Shown: positions 48,576-59,681, counted from the stretch's first letter. The stretch is 64,000 bases of DNA from an uncultured Enterobacteriaceae bacterium (GCA_964651335.1 CAZYVT010000014.1:365-64364), one strand, 5' to 3'. Made by a program: numbers and translations. Notes: a model not told the origin generated them from the sequence alone.

Positions 48576-49382
48576 ATGTCAGTCCAGCTGACGCAACGCG
48601 CGAGCGAGCACGAGGAGTCGAGCAACACGGAACGCGGCGCTGCCCTCCGCCGTGTGGTATTCGTCACCGGCGGGATGGGCGGGATCGGCAGCGCGATCTG
48701 CCGGCGACTGGCACTTGCCGGGCACACGATCGTGGCAGGCTGCCTGCCCGAGTACGAAAGGAAGGACGAATGGCTCTCGGCCATGCGCACGGCAGGCTTC
48801 CGGGCGCACGCCGCGGAGGGTGACGTGTCGGAATTCGAGTCCTGCGCCGAGATGTTGTACAACGTCCGCGCGGTGGTCGGCAACGTCGACATTCTGGTCA
48901 ACAACGCCGGAATCACGCGCGACTCGGTGTTCAAGCGCATGACCGAGCTGGACTGGCGCGCGGTGATCAACACCAATCTGAACAGCGTGTTCAACGTCAC
49001 TCGACAGGTCATCGACGGCATGGTGGACCGGGGCTGGGGAAGGATCATCAACATCTCCTCGGTGAACGCGATCAAGGGCCAGTTCGGGCAGACCAACTAT
49101 TCGGCGGCGAAGGCGGGCATGGCCGGCTTCTCGAAGGCGCTGGCCCAGGAAGTGGTGAAGAAAGGCGTCACCGTGAACACGGTCTCGCCGGGATACGTCG
49201 AGACCGAAATGGTGCTGGCGATCCGCAAGGAAATCCGCGAGCAGATCATCGCATCGATCCCGATGGGACGTCTGGCCAAGCCGGAGGAAATCGCGGCGGT
49301 GGTCGCGTTTCTCGCGTCGGAGGAGGCCGGCTACATCACTGGCGCGAATATTTCGGTCAACGGCGGAATGCACATGATGTGA
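48576..49382 (+). CDS. phaB: Acetoacetyl-CoA reductase (PhaB-type SDR) with ~22-aa N-terminal extension
   Basis: VFVTGGMGGIGSAI, NNAGITRD, SSVNAIKGQFGQTNYSAAKAG (YxxxK), PMGRLAKPEEIA. A GGGAGA Shine-Dalgarno precedes ATG 48576. Confidence 0.85.
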   Translation: MSVQLTQRASEHEESSNTERGAALRRVVFVTGGMGGIGSAICRRLALAGHTIVAGCLPEYERKDEWLSAMRTAGFRAHAAEGDVSEFESCAEMLYNVRAVVGNVDILVNNAGITRDSVFKRMTELDWRAVINTNLNSVFNVTRQVIDGMVDRGWGRIINISSVNAIKGQFGQTNYSAAKAGMAGFSKALAQEVVKKGVTVNTVSPGYVETEMVLAIRKEIREQIIASIPMGRLAKPEEIAAVVAFLASEEAGYITGANISVNGGMHMM

Positions 49383-49432
49383 TGGTGTAAACTGGCCGCG
49401 ACCGGAAGCCGATTTCCACAGAAGGAGAGACC

Positions 49433-50179
49433 GTGGTGCAGCAGAAAACGGCCGTCGTGACCGGCGGGATGGGCGGCTTGGGCGAAACGATTTCGACCAA
49501 GATGGCCGATGCGGGATACAAGGTGGTGGTGACTTATTCGCCGTCGAACACCAAGTACAGGGCATGGCTCGAGGAAATGAAAGGCCGCGGCTATGCATTC
49601 GCCGCGTATCCGGTCGACGTGGCCGACTATGACGACTGCGCAGGGAAATGCGCGCAGATGCGGAAGGATTGCGGGCCGATCGACATCCTGGTGAACAACG
49701 CCGGCATCACGCGCGACATGACCTTCAAGAAAATGACCAAGGCGGATTGGGATGCGGTCATGCGCACCAACCTCGACTCCTGCTTCAACATGACCAAGCA
49801 GGTCATGGACGGCATGCTCGATCGCGGCTGGGGTCGCGTGATCAACGTCTCGTCCGTCAACGGCCAGAAGGGCGCATTCGGCCAGACCAACTATTCCGCG
49901 GCCAAGGCGGGGATCCACGGCTTCACCAAGGCGCTCGCTCTCGAGGTCGCGAAGAAGGGCGTCACCATCAATACCATTTCTCCGGGCTATATCGGGACCA
50001 AGATGGTCACGGCGATTCCCAAGGAGATCCTCGACTCGAAGATCCTGCCGCAGATCCCCATCGGGCGCCTGGGCAAGCCCGACGAGGTGGCAGGTCTCAT
50101 CATCTACTTGTGCTCCGAGGAAGCCGCATTCGTGACCGGCGCCAATATCTCGATCAACGGCGGCCAGCACATGTACTAG
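49433..50179 (+). CDS. phaB: Second acetoacetyl-CoA reductase paralogue (PhaB-type SDR)
   Basis: AVVTGGMGGLGETI, NNAGITRD, SSVNGQKGAFGQTNYSAAKAG, IGRLGKPDEVA. Collinear with the preceding gene but clearly diverged. GTG start. Confidence 0.85.
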   Translation: MVQQKTAVVTGGMGGLGETISTKMADAGYKVVVTYSPSNTKYRAWLEEMKGRGYAFAAYPVDVADYDDCAGKCAQMRKDCGPIDILVNNAGITRDMTFKKMTKADWDAVMRTNLDSCFNMTKQVMDGMLDRGWGRVINVSSVNGQKGAFGQTNYSAAKAGIHGFTKALALEVAKKGVTINTISPGYIGTKMVTAIPKEILDSKILPQIPIGRLGKPDEVAGLIIYLCSEEAAFVTGANISINGGQHMY

Positions 50180-50190
50180 GAGTGGATTGC

Positions 50191-50784
50191 ATGGCTGCGA
50201 TTGCAGAGGAAAAGATGGAACACCAGGTTCGCTTGATCAAGAAATATCCGAACCGGCGGCTCTACGACACCAAGACGTCCAGCTACATCACGCTCGCCGA
50301 CGTCAAGCAGATGGTCCTCAAGCAGGAGAATTTCCACGTCATCGATGCCAAGAGCGGCGACGAGCTGACGCGCCAGATCCTGCTGCAGATCATCCTCGAT
50401 GAGGAATCGGGCGGGGTGCCGATGTTCTCTTCCGACCTGCTGTCGCAGATGATCCGCTCCTACGGCAGCGCGATGCAGGGCTTCATGGGGACGTATCTCG
50501 AGAAGAACATCGAGGCGTTCCACCAGATGCAGAAGGCGCTGCAGGACCAGTCGCAGAAGATCTATGGCGACAACTCGCGCGCCTCGCAGGACCTGTGGGC
50601 GCAGTTCATGAACCTGCAGGGGCCTGCGATGCAGAGCCTGATGCAGGCCTACATGGAGCAGAGCCAGAAGATGTTCGCGCAGTTCCAGGAGCGGATGCAG
50701 AGCCAGGCCCGCAACATGTTTTCCGGCTTCACGTTCCCCGGCTTTCCATCCGCCGAAGGCAAGAACGAGCCCGAGAAGAAGTAG
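50191..50784 (+). CDS. phaR: PHA synthesis repressor PhaR
   Basis: LIKKYPNRRLYDTKTSSYITLADVKQMV is the hallmark PhaR N-terminal DNA-binding motif. An AGGAG Shine-Dalgarno precedes ATG 50191. The long track ORF 49648..50784 is a read-through frame. Confidence 0.9.
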   Translation: MAAIAEEKMEHQVRLIKKYPNRRLYDTKTSSYITLADVKQMVLKQENFHVIDAKSGDELTRQILLQIILDEESGGVPMFSSDLLSQMIRSYGSAMQGFMGTYLEKNIEAFHQMQKALQDQSQKIYGDNSRASQDLWAQFMNLQGPAMQSLMQAYMEQSQKMFAQFQERMQSQARNMFSGFTFPGFPSAEGKNEPEKK

Positions 50785-50814
50785 CCCGCGGCACGATCTG
50801 ATCGGGAGCTTGAG

Positions 50815-52002
50815 ATGAGCATGCGCGAAGTGGTGGTGGTGTCGGGAACGCGGACCGGAATCGGCGATTACGGCGGAGGGCTCAAGGACGTTGCGCCGAC
50901 GAAGCTCGGCGCGATCGCGATCAGGGAAGCGGTTGCGCGCGCCGGGATCGATCCGGCGACGGTCGGCCACGTGGTGATGGGGAGCGTCATCCATGGCGAG
51001 GCGCGCGACATGTACCTCTCGCGTGTCGCGGCGCTCGATGCGGGGCTCCCAGTCGGAACGCCCTGCCTCACGGTAAACCGGCTGTGCGGCTCGGGGTTGC
51101 AGGCGATCGTCTCGGCGGCGCAGCACATCCTGCTGGGCGACACCGATTGCGTCATCGGCGGCGGCGCAGAGAGCATGAGCCGCGCGGCGTACTTCCTCCC
51201 CTCAGGACGCTGGGGACAGAGAATGGGCGACGCGGCGATCGTCGACGCCATGACCGGTGCGCTGCACGATCCCTTCGGCCACGGCCACATGGGCGTCACG
51301 GCTGAAAACATCGCGGCGAAGTACGGCTTTACGCGTGAGCAGCAGGACCGGTTCTCGGTCGAGTCGCACCGGCGCGCCGCACACGCGATCGCGCAGGGAT
51401 TCTTCAAGAGCCAGATCGTTCCGGTCGAGGTGAAGACGCGGAAGGGGCCGGAGCAGTTCACAACCGACGAGCACGTGCGTGCGGGCGCAAAGATCGAGGA
51501 CCTGGCGAAACTGAAGGCCGCGTTCAAGAAGGACGGCACCGTGACCGCCGGCAATGCATCGGGCCTCAATGACGCCGCCGCCGCGATCGTGATGATGGAG
51601 GCCGGCACCGCACAGAAGGCGGGAGTGAAGCCGATTGCGCGCCTGGTCGCCTACGCGCACGCGGGCGTCGAGCCGAACGTGATGGGTCTGGGTCCGATCC
51701 CGGCAGTGAAACGAGTGTTCGAGAAATCCGGCCTCAGGCCCTCCGACATGGACGTGATCGAGTCGAATGAGGCGTTCGCGGCGCAGGCGATGGCGGTCAC
51801 CAGGGACCTCGGCCTCGACCCGGCGAAAGTCAATCCGAACGGCGGCGCGGTGGCGCTCGGCCACCCGATCGGCGCCACGGGCTGCATTCTTACGCTGAAG
51901 GCGCTCTACGAACTGGAGCGTATCCAGAAGCGCCACGCCCTGGTCACGATGTGCATCGGCGGCGGGCAGGGCATCGCCGCCATCTTCGAGCGGCTGCACT
52001 GA
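50815..52002 (+). CDS. Second thiolase (BktB-like beta-ketothiolase / acetyl-CoA acetyltransferase)
   Basis: [50 protein letters not shown]. Confidence 0.85.
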   Translation: MSMREVVVVSGTRTGIGDYGGGLKDVAPTKLGAIAIREAVARAGIDPATVGHVVMGSVIHGEARDMYLSRVAALDAGLPVGTPCLTVNRLCGSGLQAIVSAAQHILLGDTDCVIGGGAESMSRAAYFLPSGRWGQRMGDAAIVDAMTGALHDPFGHGHMGVTAENIAAKYGFTREQQDRFSVESHRRAAHAIAQGFFKSQIVPVEVKTRKGPEQFTTDEHVRAGAKIEDLAKLKAAFKKDGTVTAGNASGLNDAAAAIVMMEAGTAQKAGVKPIARLVAYAHAGVEPNVMGLGPIPAVKRVFEKSGLRPSDMDVIESNEAFAAQAMAVTRDLGLDPAKVNPNGGAVALGHPIGATGCILTLKALYELERIQKRHALVTMCIGGGQGIAAIFERLH

Positions 52003-53228
52003 TCGGGCTCGAGAAGCCTGAAGCGCCTCCGGCACCGCTCCGGCAGGCATTGGGGGATTTCGGGGGCGTCTATTTCATCAACGCGGTCGTCGCGTTCATC
52101 TTCGCGGCATCCGGCCCTGTCGCGATCATCCTTGCGGTTGGCACGCGAGGCGGCCTCGGAGCATCGGACCTCTCGTCGTGGATCTTCGGCTCCTTCTTCC
52201 TGAATGGTTTGATCAGCATCGCTTTCTGCTGGTTGTACCGCCAGCCGCTGGTGTTTTTCTGGACGATTCCGGGAACGGTGCTCGTGGGACCGGCGCTCGG
52301 CCACCTGACGTTTCCCGAGGTCATCGGAGCGTTCCACGCAACCGGCCTGCTGATGCTCGTGCTGGGATTGAGCGGCTGGGTGCGACGGGCCATGGCGGTG
52401 GTGCCGATGCCCATCGTGATGGGCATGGTGGCGGGGGTGTTCCTGCGCTTCGGGCTCGACCTGGTTTTTGCGGTGCGCGACGACTTCTGGATCGCGGCGC
52501 CGATGATCGCCGCGTTCGTCGTGCTCGCGGCGTTGCCGGTGCTCGGGCGGCGGTTGCCGCCGCTGATCGGCGCGCTGATCGTGGGCGCGGTCATGGTCGC
52601 AGTCCTGGGCAAGTTCGACGCCGTCGGTGCCGAAGTCTTCGGCTTTGCGCAGCCGAACGTTTACACGCCGGCGTTCTCCTGGCGGGCGATGGTCGAGCTC
52701 GTGGTGCCGCTCGCCATCACCGTGCTCGTGGTGCAGAACGGCCAGGGGACGGCCGTGCTGCGCGCGGCCGGCCACAATCCGCCGATCAACGCCGTCACTG
52801 TAGCTTGCGGCGCCGGGTCGATTGCCACGGCAATCGTCGGTACGGTGTCCACCTGCCTCACCGGGCCGGTGAACGCGATCATCTCCGCCTCAGGGGAAAA
52901 ACACCGTCACTACAGCGCAGGAATTTTCGTCGGGCTCCTGGCGCTCGCATTCGGGCTGTTTTCGCCCGTCTTCACTCACCTCATGCTCGGCACGCCCAAG
53001 GCCTTCATCGCCGCGCTCGCCGGACTCGCGATGCTGCGCGTGCTGCAGACGGCGTTCGTGATTTCGTTCAAGGACCGCTTTGCGCTCGGCGCTCTCGTGA
53101 CCTTTCTGGTTACGGTGGCGGACGTGGCGATTTTCAATATCGGCGCGCCGTTCTGGGGGTTGGTGATCGGCTTCGCGACGTCCTGGTTACTGGAGCGTGG
53201 CGATTTCCAGGTACCGCCTCCCCGCTGA
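51951..53228 (+). CDS. BenE-family benzoate/H+ symporter-like membrane transporter (start uncertain)
   Basis: 12-TM-like hydrophobic profile. The WIFGSFFLNGLISIAFCWLYRQPLVFFWTIPG region resembles BenE. The track start 51951 overlaps the thiolase by 52 nt; a TTG at 52050 (MGDFGGVYF...) is a more likely start. Confidence 0.7.
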   Translation: MHRRRAGHRRHLRAAALIGLEKPEAPPAPLRQALGDFGGVYFINAVVAFIFAASGPVAIILAVGTRGGLGASDLSSWIFGSFFLNGLISIAFCWLYRQPLVFFWTIPGTVLVGPALGHLTFPEVIGAFHATGLLMLVLGLSGWVRRAMAVVPMPIVMGMVAGVFLRFGLDLVFAVRDDFWIAAPMIAAFVVLAALPVLGRRLPPLIGALIVGAVMVAVLGKFDAVGAEVFGFAQPNVYTPAFSWRAMVELVVPLAITVLVVQNGQGTAVLRAAGHNPPINAVTVACGAGSIATAIVGTVSTCLTGPVNAIISASGEKHRHYSAGIFVGLLALAFGLFSPVFTHLMLGTPKAFIAALAGLAMLRVLQTAFVISFKDRFALGALVTFLVTVADVAIFNIGAPFWGLVIGFATSWLLERGDFQVPPPR

Positions 53229-53236
53229 GCGGGAGG

Positions 53237-53443
53237 TTACAGTTCGCTTTCGTCGATGCCGGACAGCTTGAGCAGGTGTCTCAGCAGTCCGGTCTTCAGG
53301 TCCTGATTTCCGTGGATTGGAAGAGAGATTCGCGCTGGATTGCCGGCTTTGGCGTAGATGTGATGGCTGCCCGTGATGCGCTTCAACTCCCAGCCGTGTT
53401 TTTCCAGCAGCCGCGCAAGGTCTTTGCCGCTGACCGATTTCAA
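53237..53443 (-). CDS. hicA: Type II toxin HicA (mRNA interferase)
   Basis: [30 protein letters not shown] is the HicA/YcfA signature. A TTG start overlaps the hicB stop (TTGA). Confidence 0.85.
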   Translation of the reverse strand: MKSVSGKDLARLLEKHGWELKRITGSHHIYAKAGNPARISLPIHGNQDLKTGLLRHLLKLSGIDESEL

Positions 53444-53643
53444 ACCGCGATCTCCAGCACCCTGTCCTTTCTCGAGATCTCGACGTTCTTCAGATCGACC
53501 GAGAGGCAGCCTTCGATCGCTTCGTGAAGGTTCTTGAGCAGTTCTTCATGTGTTTCGGCTTGCGTGACGCAACCCGGAATGGCCGGAACTTCCGCCCAGA
53601 AGCCACCTTCCTCCGCTTCGTGGATGATGACCTTCAGTTTCAT
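53440..53643 (-). CDS. hicB: Type II antitoxin HicB (short, RNase-H-fold-only type)
   Basis: [47 protein letters not shown] is the typical HicB/UPF0150 N-terminal domain. 67 aa. Confidence 0.85.
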   Translation of the reverse strand: MKLKVIIHEAEEGGFWAEVPAIPGCVTQAETHEELLKNLHEAIEGCLSVDLKNVEISRKDRVLEIAV

Positions 53644-53799
53644 CGAAGTCCTCGCTTTCTCGACTCGAGTCGCAGGATACGGCCTGCGGCTGACCACCAA
53701 ATCGTAATACCGGTACCGCAAATCGACGCAGACTTTTACCCTTGCCGATCGATGCCGACCCGACGGGGCATCATACCGGACCCAGGCGCGCACCGATAT

Positions 53800-53991
53800 T
53801 GCTGGAACGAGAGCTACACCAGTGCGCCAGCAGATGGCAGTGCGTGGACGAGCGGCGACTGCGGCCGGCGCGTGCTGCGCGGGGGCTCCTGGAGCTCTAA
53901 TCCCGGGGGCGTTCGTTCCGCTTTCCGCAACGGGTTCACCGCTACCCACCCGTACTACTACTTCGGGTTCCGCGTCGCCAGGACGGATTAG
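53800..53991 (+). pseudogene. C-terminal remnant of a formylglycine-generating-enzyme (SUMF1/FGE-sulfatase) family gene
   Basis: [46 protein letters not shown]....FGFRVARTD is the conserved C-terminal ~60 aa of the FGE-sulfatase domain. The upstream ~250 aa of the domain are missing, and hicBA sits where they should be. Confidence 0.6.
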
Positions 53992-54006
53992 TCAGCTCTT
54001 GAATCT

Positions 54007-54303
54007 TTAATCGTCCTGCTCGATCTGGACGCCTTTCCAGAACGCGACATAGCCGGCAATCTCGATCGCCTCGGGCTTGGGGGAGGGGTAGTACCAGGCG
54101 GCGTCGCGGTTGAGTTCCCCTTCGACCAGGACGTCGTAGTAGCTCGCAGTGCCCTTCCAGCCGCACACCGTTTTCGTTTTCGAATCGCGCAGGTAGGTCT
54201 TGTCGACTGCGCCGGGTGGAAAGTAGACGTTGCCCTCGACGATGCGCACGTCGTCCGCCTCGGCTTCGGCGATGACGGCGCCGTTCCAGGTCGCTTTCGG
54301 CAT
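54007..54303 (-). CDS. DUF427 domain protein
   Basis: WNGAVIAEAEADDVRIVEGNVYFPP...TVCGWKGTASYYDV....AAWYYPSPKPEAIEIAGYVAFW matches DUF427. Confidence 0.85.
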   Translation of the reverse strand: MPKATWNGAVIAEAEADDVRIVEGNVYFPPGAVDKTYLRDSKTKTVCGWKGTASYYDVLVEGELNRDAAWYYPSPKPEAIEIAGYVAFWKGVQIEQDD

Positions 54304-54317
54304 GCGCCGATTCTAGA

Positions 54318-55154
54318 TCATGCCCTGCGGACGGTCAGCCGCTGGCGGCTGGCAAGGAACAGGCCGGAGATGGCGATCACGGCCATGCCGGCGAGCGACC
54401 AGCCGTCGGGGAAATTCCCGAACACGAAAAACCCGAGCAGCATTGCCCAGATCAGCGCCGTGTAGGTGAAAGGTGCAAGCAGGATCGCCGGCGCGTAATC
54501 GTAGGCGCGGATGAGGAGGTAATGCCCGATCGAGGCAAAGACTCCGAGAACGCCGAGCAGTGCCCAGTGCGCCGCCGTGTCCGGAGTCTTCCAGGCGAAC
54601 GGAAGCGTTGCCGAAAGGAGCACGGCGCCGACCATCGCGCCCCAGAGGAGCGAAGTGAGCGGGTGTTCGACTCCGGCAACTTTGCGCGTCAGGATCTGGT
54701 AGAGCGCGTTGCACAGCGCCATGGCCATCGGCAGCAGCGCATAGAGCGTGAAGAGGTCCGACCCCGGGCGAACGATGATCAGCGCCCCAGCCAGTCCGGT
54801 GACGATGGCGACGAGGCGTGGTGCGTCCAGCCGCTCGCGGAGTATGGGCACGGCGAGCGCCGCGACGAAGAGCGGCAGCACCAGCCCGATCGCCGCCGCT
54901 TCGGCAAGCGGCAGGACCTTGAGCGACGTGAAGTAGAGGAAGGTGGCGCCCGCGAGCAGCAACCCGCGGGCAAGCTGGATGCCGGGGCGCGCGGTGCGCA
55001 CTCGCCCCAACTCGCCGCGCGCCGCGAACCACGCCAGAAGGATCAGCAGGTTTGACGCATAGCGCGCCCAGACGATCCCCGGAACCGGATACCACCGCGA
55101 CAGATACTTCGCGATCGCATCCATGAGCGTGAACACGCCCACCGCTGCGACCAT
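54318..55154 (-). CDS. DMT-superfamily (EamA) transporter
   Basis: About ten TM segments in two EamA repeats. Start set at ATG 55154 (MVAAVGVFTLMDAIAKYL) because the track ORF overlaps the upstream gene. A TTG one codon upstream is also possible. Confidence 0.8.
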   Translation of the reverse strand: MVAAVGVFTLMDAIAKYLSRWYPVPGIVWARYASNLLILLAWFAARGELGRVRTARPGIQLARGLLLAGATFLYFTSLKVLPLAEAAAIGLVLPLFVAALAVPILRERLDAPRLVAIVTGLAGALIIVRPGSDLFTLYALLPMAMALCNALYQILTRKVAGVEHPLTSLLWGAMVGAVLLSATLPFAWKTPDTAAHWALLGVLGVFASIGHYLLIRAYDYAPAILLAPFTYTALIWAMLLGFFVFGNFPDGWSLAGMAVIAISGLFLASRQRLTVRRA

Positions 55155-55192
55155 CAAGAGGATTCCGCGCAGCGCGGGGTTTGACGGCGGCT

Positions 55193-55825
55193 TCAGCGAT
55201 CGAGCTCGAGCTTGCCGTCGACGACCCGGACGCGGTCTCCCGCCCGCCACGTGGGAGCGGCTTCGTAGGAGACGGTTCGTTCGCCGCCGGCCTCCATGCG
55301 CACGATCACATCGAAACGCTTGTGGGTGCGCACCTGTTTCTCGATCTGATGACCCGCATAGGCCCCACCCGCGGCACCGGCGAGCCTGGCGACGGTCTTG
55401 GTGCCGCCCCTGCCGAACTGGTTGCCGATGACCGCGCCGGCGACGCCCCCCGCGACCGCTCCAACCCCCGAGCCTTCGCCCTTCACCTCCAATTCCTTCA
55501 CATCGATGACAGTGCCGCAATCGGCGCACACCGCCTTCGGCTGCGCGACTGGCGTGGCTGCAGCCACTTGCGTCCGGGGCGCGGTCGCCTGTGAAGCGGG
55601 CTTGGACATCGGTTTCGCCTGCCGGGGCGGCGCGCTCGGCGCAACCGGGGCGGCCGGCGCCACAGCCGGCGCACCTACCATGGTCGCCTGTTCTGCGGCT
55701 TTCTGCGCGCCCGACCCGGGTAGATAGCCGGTCAGCGCTGCGACTCCGACCAGAGAAACAACGATCACTGCGATCGATGCGCCTGCAACAAGCGGATGAA
55801 TCCTGGTTTTGGCTTCAGTTTCCAT
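55193..55825 (-). CDS. Glycine-zipper 2TM domain protein (Rick_17kDa_Anti-like) with Ala/Pro-rich linker
   Basis: N-terminal TM, an AP-rich linker, a CADCG motif, then GVGAVAGGVAGAVIGNQFGRGG...AGAAGGAYAG glycine zipper. Confidence 0.75.
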   Translation of the reverse strand: METEAKTRIHPLVAGASIAVIVVSLVGVAALTGYLPGSGAQKAAEQATMVGAPAVAPAAPVAPSAPPRQAKPMSKPASQATAPRTQVAAATPVAQPKAVCADCGTVIDVKELEVKGEGSGVGAVAGGVAGAVIGNQFGRGGTKTVARLAGAAGGAYAGHQIEKQVRTHKRFDVIVRMEAGGERTVSYEAAPTWRAGDRVRVVDGKLELDR

Positions 55826-55900
55826 GATCTGCTCCCTTTCTGCCCCTGCAGCCTGCGATAACGTGCAGTCTACGCTTCGCGTGGACCGGCGAGCGCGTCC

Positions 55901-57385
55901 TCACGACTCGGATCGCATGTGCGGAAAGAGAATGACATCACGGATCGAGGGGCTGTCGGTGAGCAGCATCACCAGCCGGTCGATGCCGAGGCCCCCGCCT
56001 GCGGTGGGCGGAAGGCCATGCTCGAGCGCGCGGATGTAATCGGCGTCGTAGTACATCGCCTCCTGGTCGCCCGCCTCCTTGAGCCGCGCCTGCTCGCGAA
56101 AGCGCTCGGCCTGGTCCTCCGGGTCGTTCAACTCAGAAAAGCCGTTCGCGATCTCCTTGGCGTCGATAAAGAGCTCGAAGCGGTCGGCAATGCCGGGATC
56201 GCGGTCGTTTCTGCGCGCGAGCGGCGAGACTTCCGCAGGAAACTCGAGCACGAACGTGGGCTCGCTCAGGTGTTTTTCCGCCACCGTTTCGAACAGCATC
56301 AACTGCAGCGAACCCCAGCCCCGGTGCGGCGCATACGCGACTGCGAGCGAATCGAGCTTGCGCGCGAGAAACCCGCGATCGCGCAGGTCCGCGGTGCGAC
56401 ATTCGGGATCGCCGAATTTCCGGATCGCCTCGGGGATCGAGAGCCGCGCGAACGGCTTGCCGAAGTCGAGCGTCTTTCCCTGGTAGGGCACGGCGAGCGT
56501 TCCGAGCGCTGCCTGCGCCGCGTGGCGCACCAGGCGCTCGGTGTGCTCGATCATGTAGGCGCAGTCCTCGTAGGCGCAGTACCACTCCATCATCGTGAAC
56601 TCGGGGTTGTGCTTGGTCGAGATGCCCTCGTTCCTGAAGTTGCGGTTGATCTCGTATACGCGCTCCATGCCGCCGACGACGAGCCGTTTCAGAAAAAGCT
56701 CCGGCGCGATCCGCAGGTAGAGGTCCATGTCGAGGGCGTTGTGGTGCGTGCGGAAGGGACGCGCCAGCGCGCCGCCCGGAATCGGCTGCATCATCGGCGT
56801 CTCGACCTCCAGATAGCCGTCCGCACTCATCATGTCGCGTAACGCCTGGACTACGGCCGAGCGTACGGCGAAGGTGCGGCGCGATTCCGGGTTCACGATC
56901 AGGTCCAGGTAGCGCTGCCTGTAGCGCAGCTCCTGGTCGGCGAGGCCGTGGAACTTTTCCGGCAGCGGCCTGAGCGCCTTGACCAGCAGCCGCAGCCCGG
57001 TGGCGCGGACCGTCAGCTCGCCCTTGTTGGTCTTGAAGAGCACCCCCTCGACGCCGAGAATGTCGCCCAGGTCCCAGTGCTTGAACTGCTCGTGAGTTTC
57101 GGCGCCGGTGACGTCGTTCGATACGTAGACCTGCAGCCGGCCGCTGCCGTCCTGCAGCGTGGCGAAGCTCGCCTTGCCCATCACGCGCTTGAGCAGCATG
57201 CGGCCGGCGACCGAGACCTGGACCTTTTCGCGCTCCAAATCGTCCTTGCTCCTGTCCGAGTATCGATCCTGCAGGCTACCGGCGAGGTGTTGGCGCCGGA
57301 AATCGTTCGGAAACGCGACGCCGTTCGCGCGCAGCGCTTTCAGCTTGTCGCGCCGCTCCTCGACCAGCTTGTTTTCTTCTTCCAT
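55901..57385 (-). CDS. lysS: Lysine--tRNA ligase (class II)
   Basis: N-terminal OB domain ([23 protein letters not shown]), class II motifs ([25 protein letters not shown]), and the conserved position 2 nt after prfB. Confidence 0.95.
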   Translation of the reverse strand: MEEENKLVEERRDKLKALRANGVAFPNDFRRQHLAGSLQDRYSDRSKDDLEREKVQVSVAGRMLLKRVMGKASFATLQDGSGRLQVYVSNDVTGAETHEQFKHWDLGDILGVEGVLFKTNKGELTVRATGLRLLVKALRPLPEKFHGLADQELRYRQRYLDLIVNPESRRTFAVRSAVVQALRDMMSADGYLEVETPMMQPIPGGALARPFRTHHNALDMDLYLRIAPELFLKRLVVGGMERVYEINRNFRNEGISTKHNPEFTMMEWYCAYEDCAYMIEHTERLVRHAAQAALGTLAVPYQGKTLDFGKPFARLSIPEAIRKFGDPECRTADLRDRGFLARKLDSLAVAYAPHRGWGSLQLMLFETVAEKHLSEPTFVLEFPAEVSPLARRNDRDPGIADRFELFIDAKEIANGFSELNDPEDQAERFREQARLKEAGDQEAMYYDADYIRALEHGLPPTAGGGLGIDRLVMLLTDSPSIRDVILFPHMRSES

Positions 57386-57387
57386 GC

Positions 57388-58492
<1,105 letters not shown>

Positions 58493-58557
58493 GGGTCTGG
58501 AAAATTGATGGATTATACCGGCAGCGTGCGATCCGGCTTGACTCGGCGCGCATCGCC

Positions 58558-59502
58558 ATGGCAAAGGGCAGGATGCACGACCCCATTCACCTGGAATATC
58601 GCAGCGCGCCCTCCGCGATCGCCTTCATGGCGCGGGCGATCCTCATCCCGGCGCGGTTCCGGCCGGGCGACCGCCTTTCGCCGCTTACCGCAACTTGGCG
58701 TGGTCATCGCGTCGCGGGCGCCGCGCTCGATTCATTTCTCGCGCTCACCGGCCTCGCCGACAATCCGCGCTGGGCGCTCCTTTATCCGCACGTCGCCGGT
58801 TTTCGGCTGCAGATGACGGTGCTCACGCATCCCGCGTTCCCATTTCCGATCTGGGGCGCGTTGCAGATCCGCAATCACCTGGTGCTCCATCGGCCATTTG
58901 CGCGTGGTGACGTTCTCGACATGCACACGCGTGTCGAGGCGCAGCGCGCGCTGGACAAGGGCACCGAGGTCGATCTGCACAGCTCGGCGCGTGTCGAAGG
59001 CGAGCTGGTCTGGGAAAGCCTCAACACGTTCTATTACCGGAGCCGCCAGGGTGCTCGGGACGCTGCGTCCCCTTTATCTGCTGCGCCAAAGGTCGAGGGC
59101 CCGATCGCGGCGCGCTGGGTCGCGCCCGTGGCTGCGAGATTGCGTTTCGGCAAGCTGACCGGGGACTACAACGGCATCCACCTGTCGCGCTGGTACGCGC
59201 GCCTATTCGGCTTCCGGGGCGCCTTCCTGCATCCGCAGCGCGTGCTCGGGCAGTGCCTTGCTCGTCTGCCGCGGCCGGACGGCGCGACGCCGCTTCGCCT
59301 CGATGCGTGGCTGAAGGGACCCGTGTACTACGGCTCGGAACTCGCGCTGCGCGTCGCCGAAACACTCGATGCGGTGACTTTCGCGCTGCAAGTCGACAGG
59401 GACGAGCGACCGGCAATCGTGGGTCGCGTTCTGGTGGAGCGCACGACTTCGCCGATTGCACCTCCGACCATTACATCGCCGATCTTGACGCCACCCGCGT
59501 AA
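58558..59502 (+). CDS. MaoC-like (R)-hydratase / double hot-dog fold protein; native C-terminus possibly replaced
   Basis: FGKLTGDYNGIHLSRWYARLFGF resembles the MaoC hydratase motif (GDxNPIH). The last ~20 codons run antisense into a truncated oxidoreductase gene. Confidence 0.6.
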   Translation: MAKGRMHDPIHLEYRSAPSAIAFMARAILIPARFRPGDRLSPLTATWRGHRVAGAALDSFLALTGLADNPRWALLYPHVAGFRLQMTVLTHPAFPFPIWGALQIRNHLVLHRPFARGDVLDMHTRVEAQRALDKGTEVDLHSSARVEGELVWESLNTFYYRSRQGARDAASPLSAAPKVEGPIAARWVAPVAARLRFGKLTGDYNGIHLSRWYARLFGFRGAFLHPQRVLGQCLARLPRPDGATPLRLDAWLKGPVYYGSELALRVAETLDAVTFALQVDRDERPAIVGRVLVERTTSPIAPPTITSPILTPPA

Positions 59503-59681
59503 TTCTTCTGCGGGCTGATGCGTGCGCGCATGTAGGGCGCAACATCAAGATAGATCGCGCGTACCAGCATCTCGCCATGCCCCGGATCCGGAACGGGGCC
59601 TTCCGAGAGCGCCCAGTTTTCTTCTTGCGGCATGCCTTCCGGATACGAAGCCAGCCGCCATTGCCGATTGCTGTTGCGCAT
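59436..59681 (-). pseudogene. N-terminal fragment (~82 aa) of an NADP-dependent oxidoreductase (YncB/CurA/PTGR1-like MDR)
   Basis: MRNSNRQWRLASYPEGMPQEENWALSEGPVPDPGHGEMLVRAIYLDVAPYMRARISPQKNYAGGVKIGDVMVGGAIGEVVRS is collinear with the N-terminal domain of this family. The Rossmann domain is absent, and the ORF then reads antisense through the MaoC-like gene. Confidence 0.6.
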
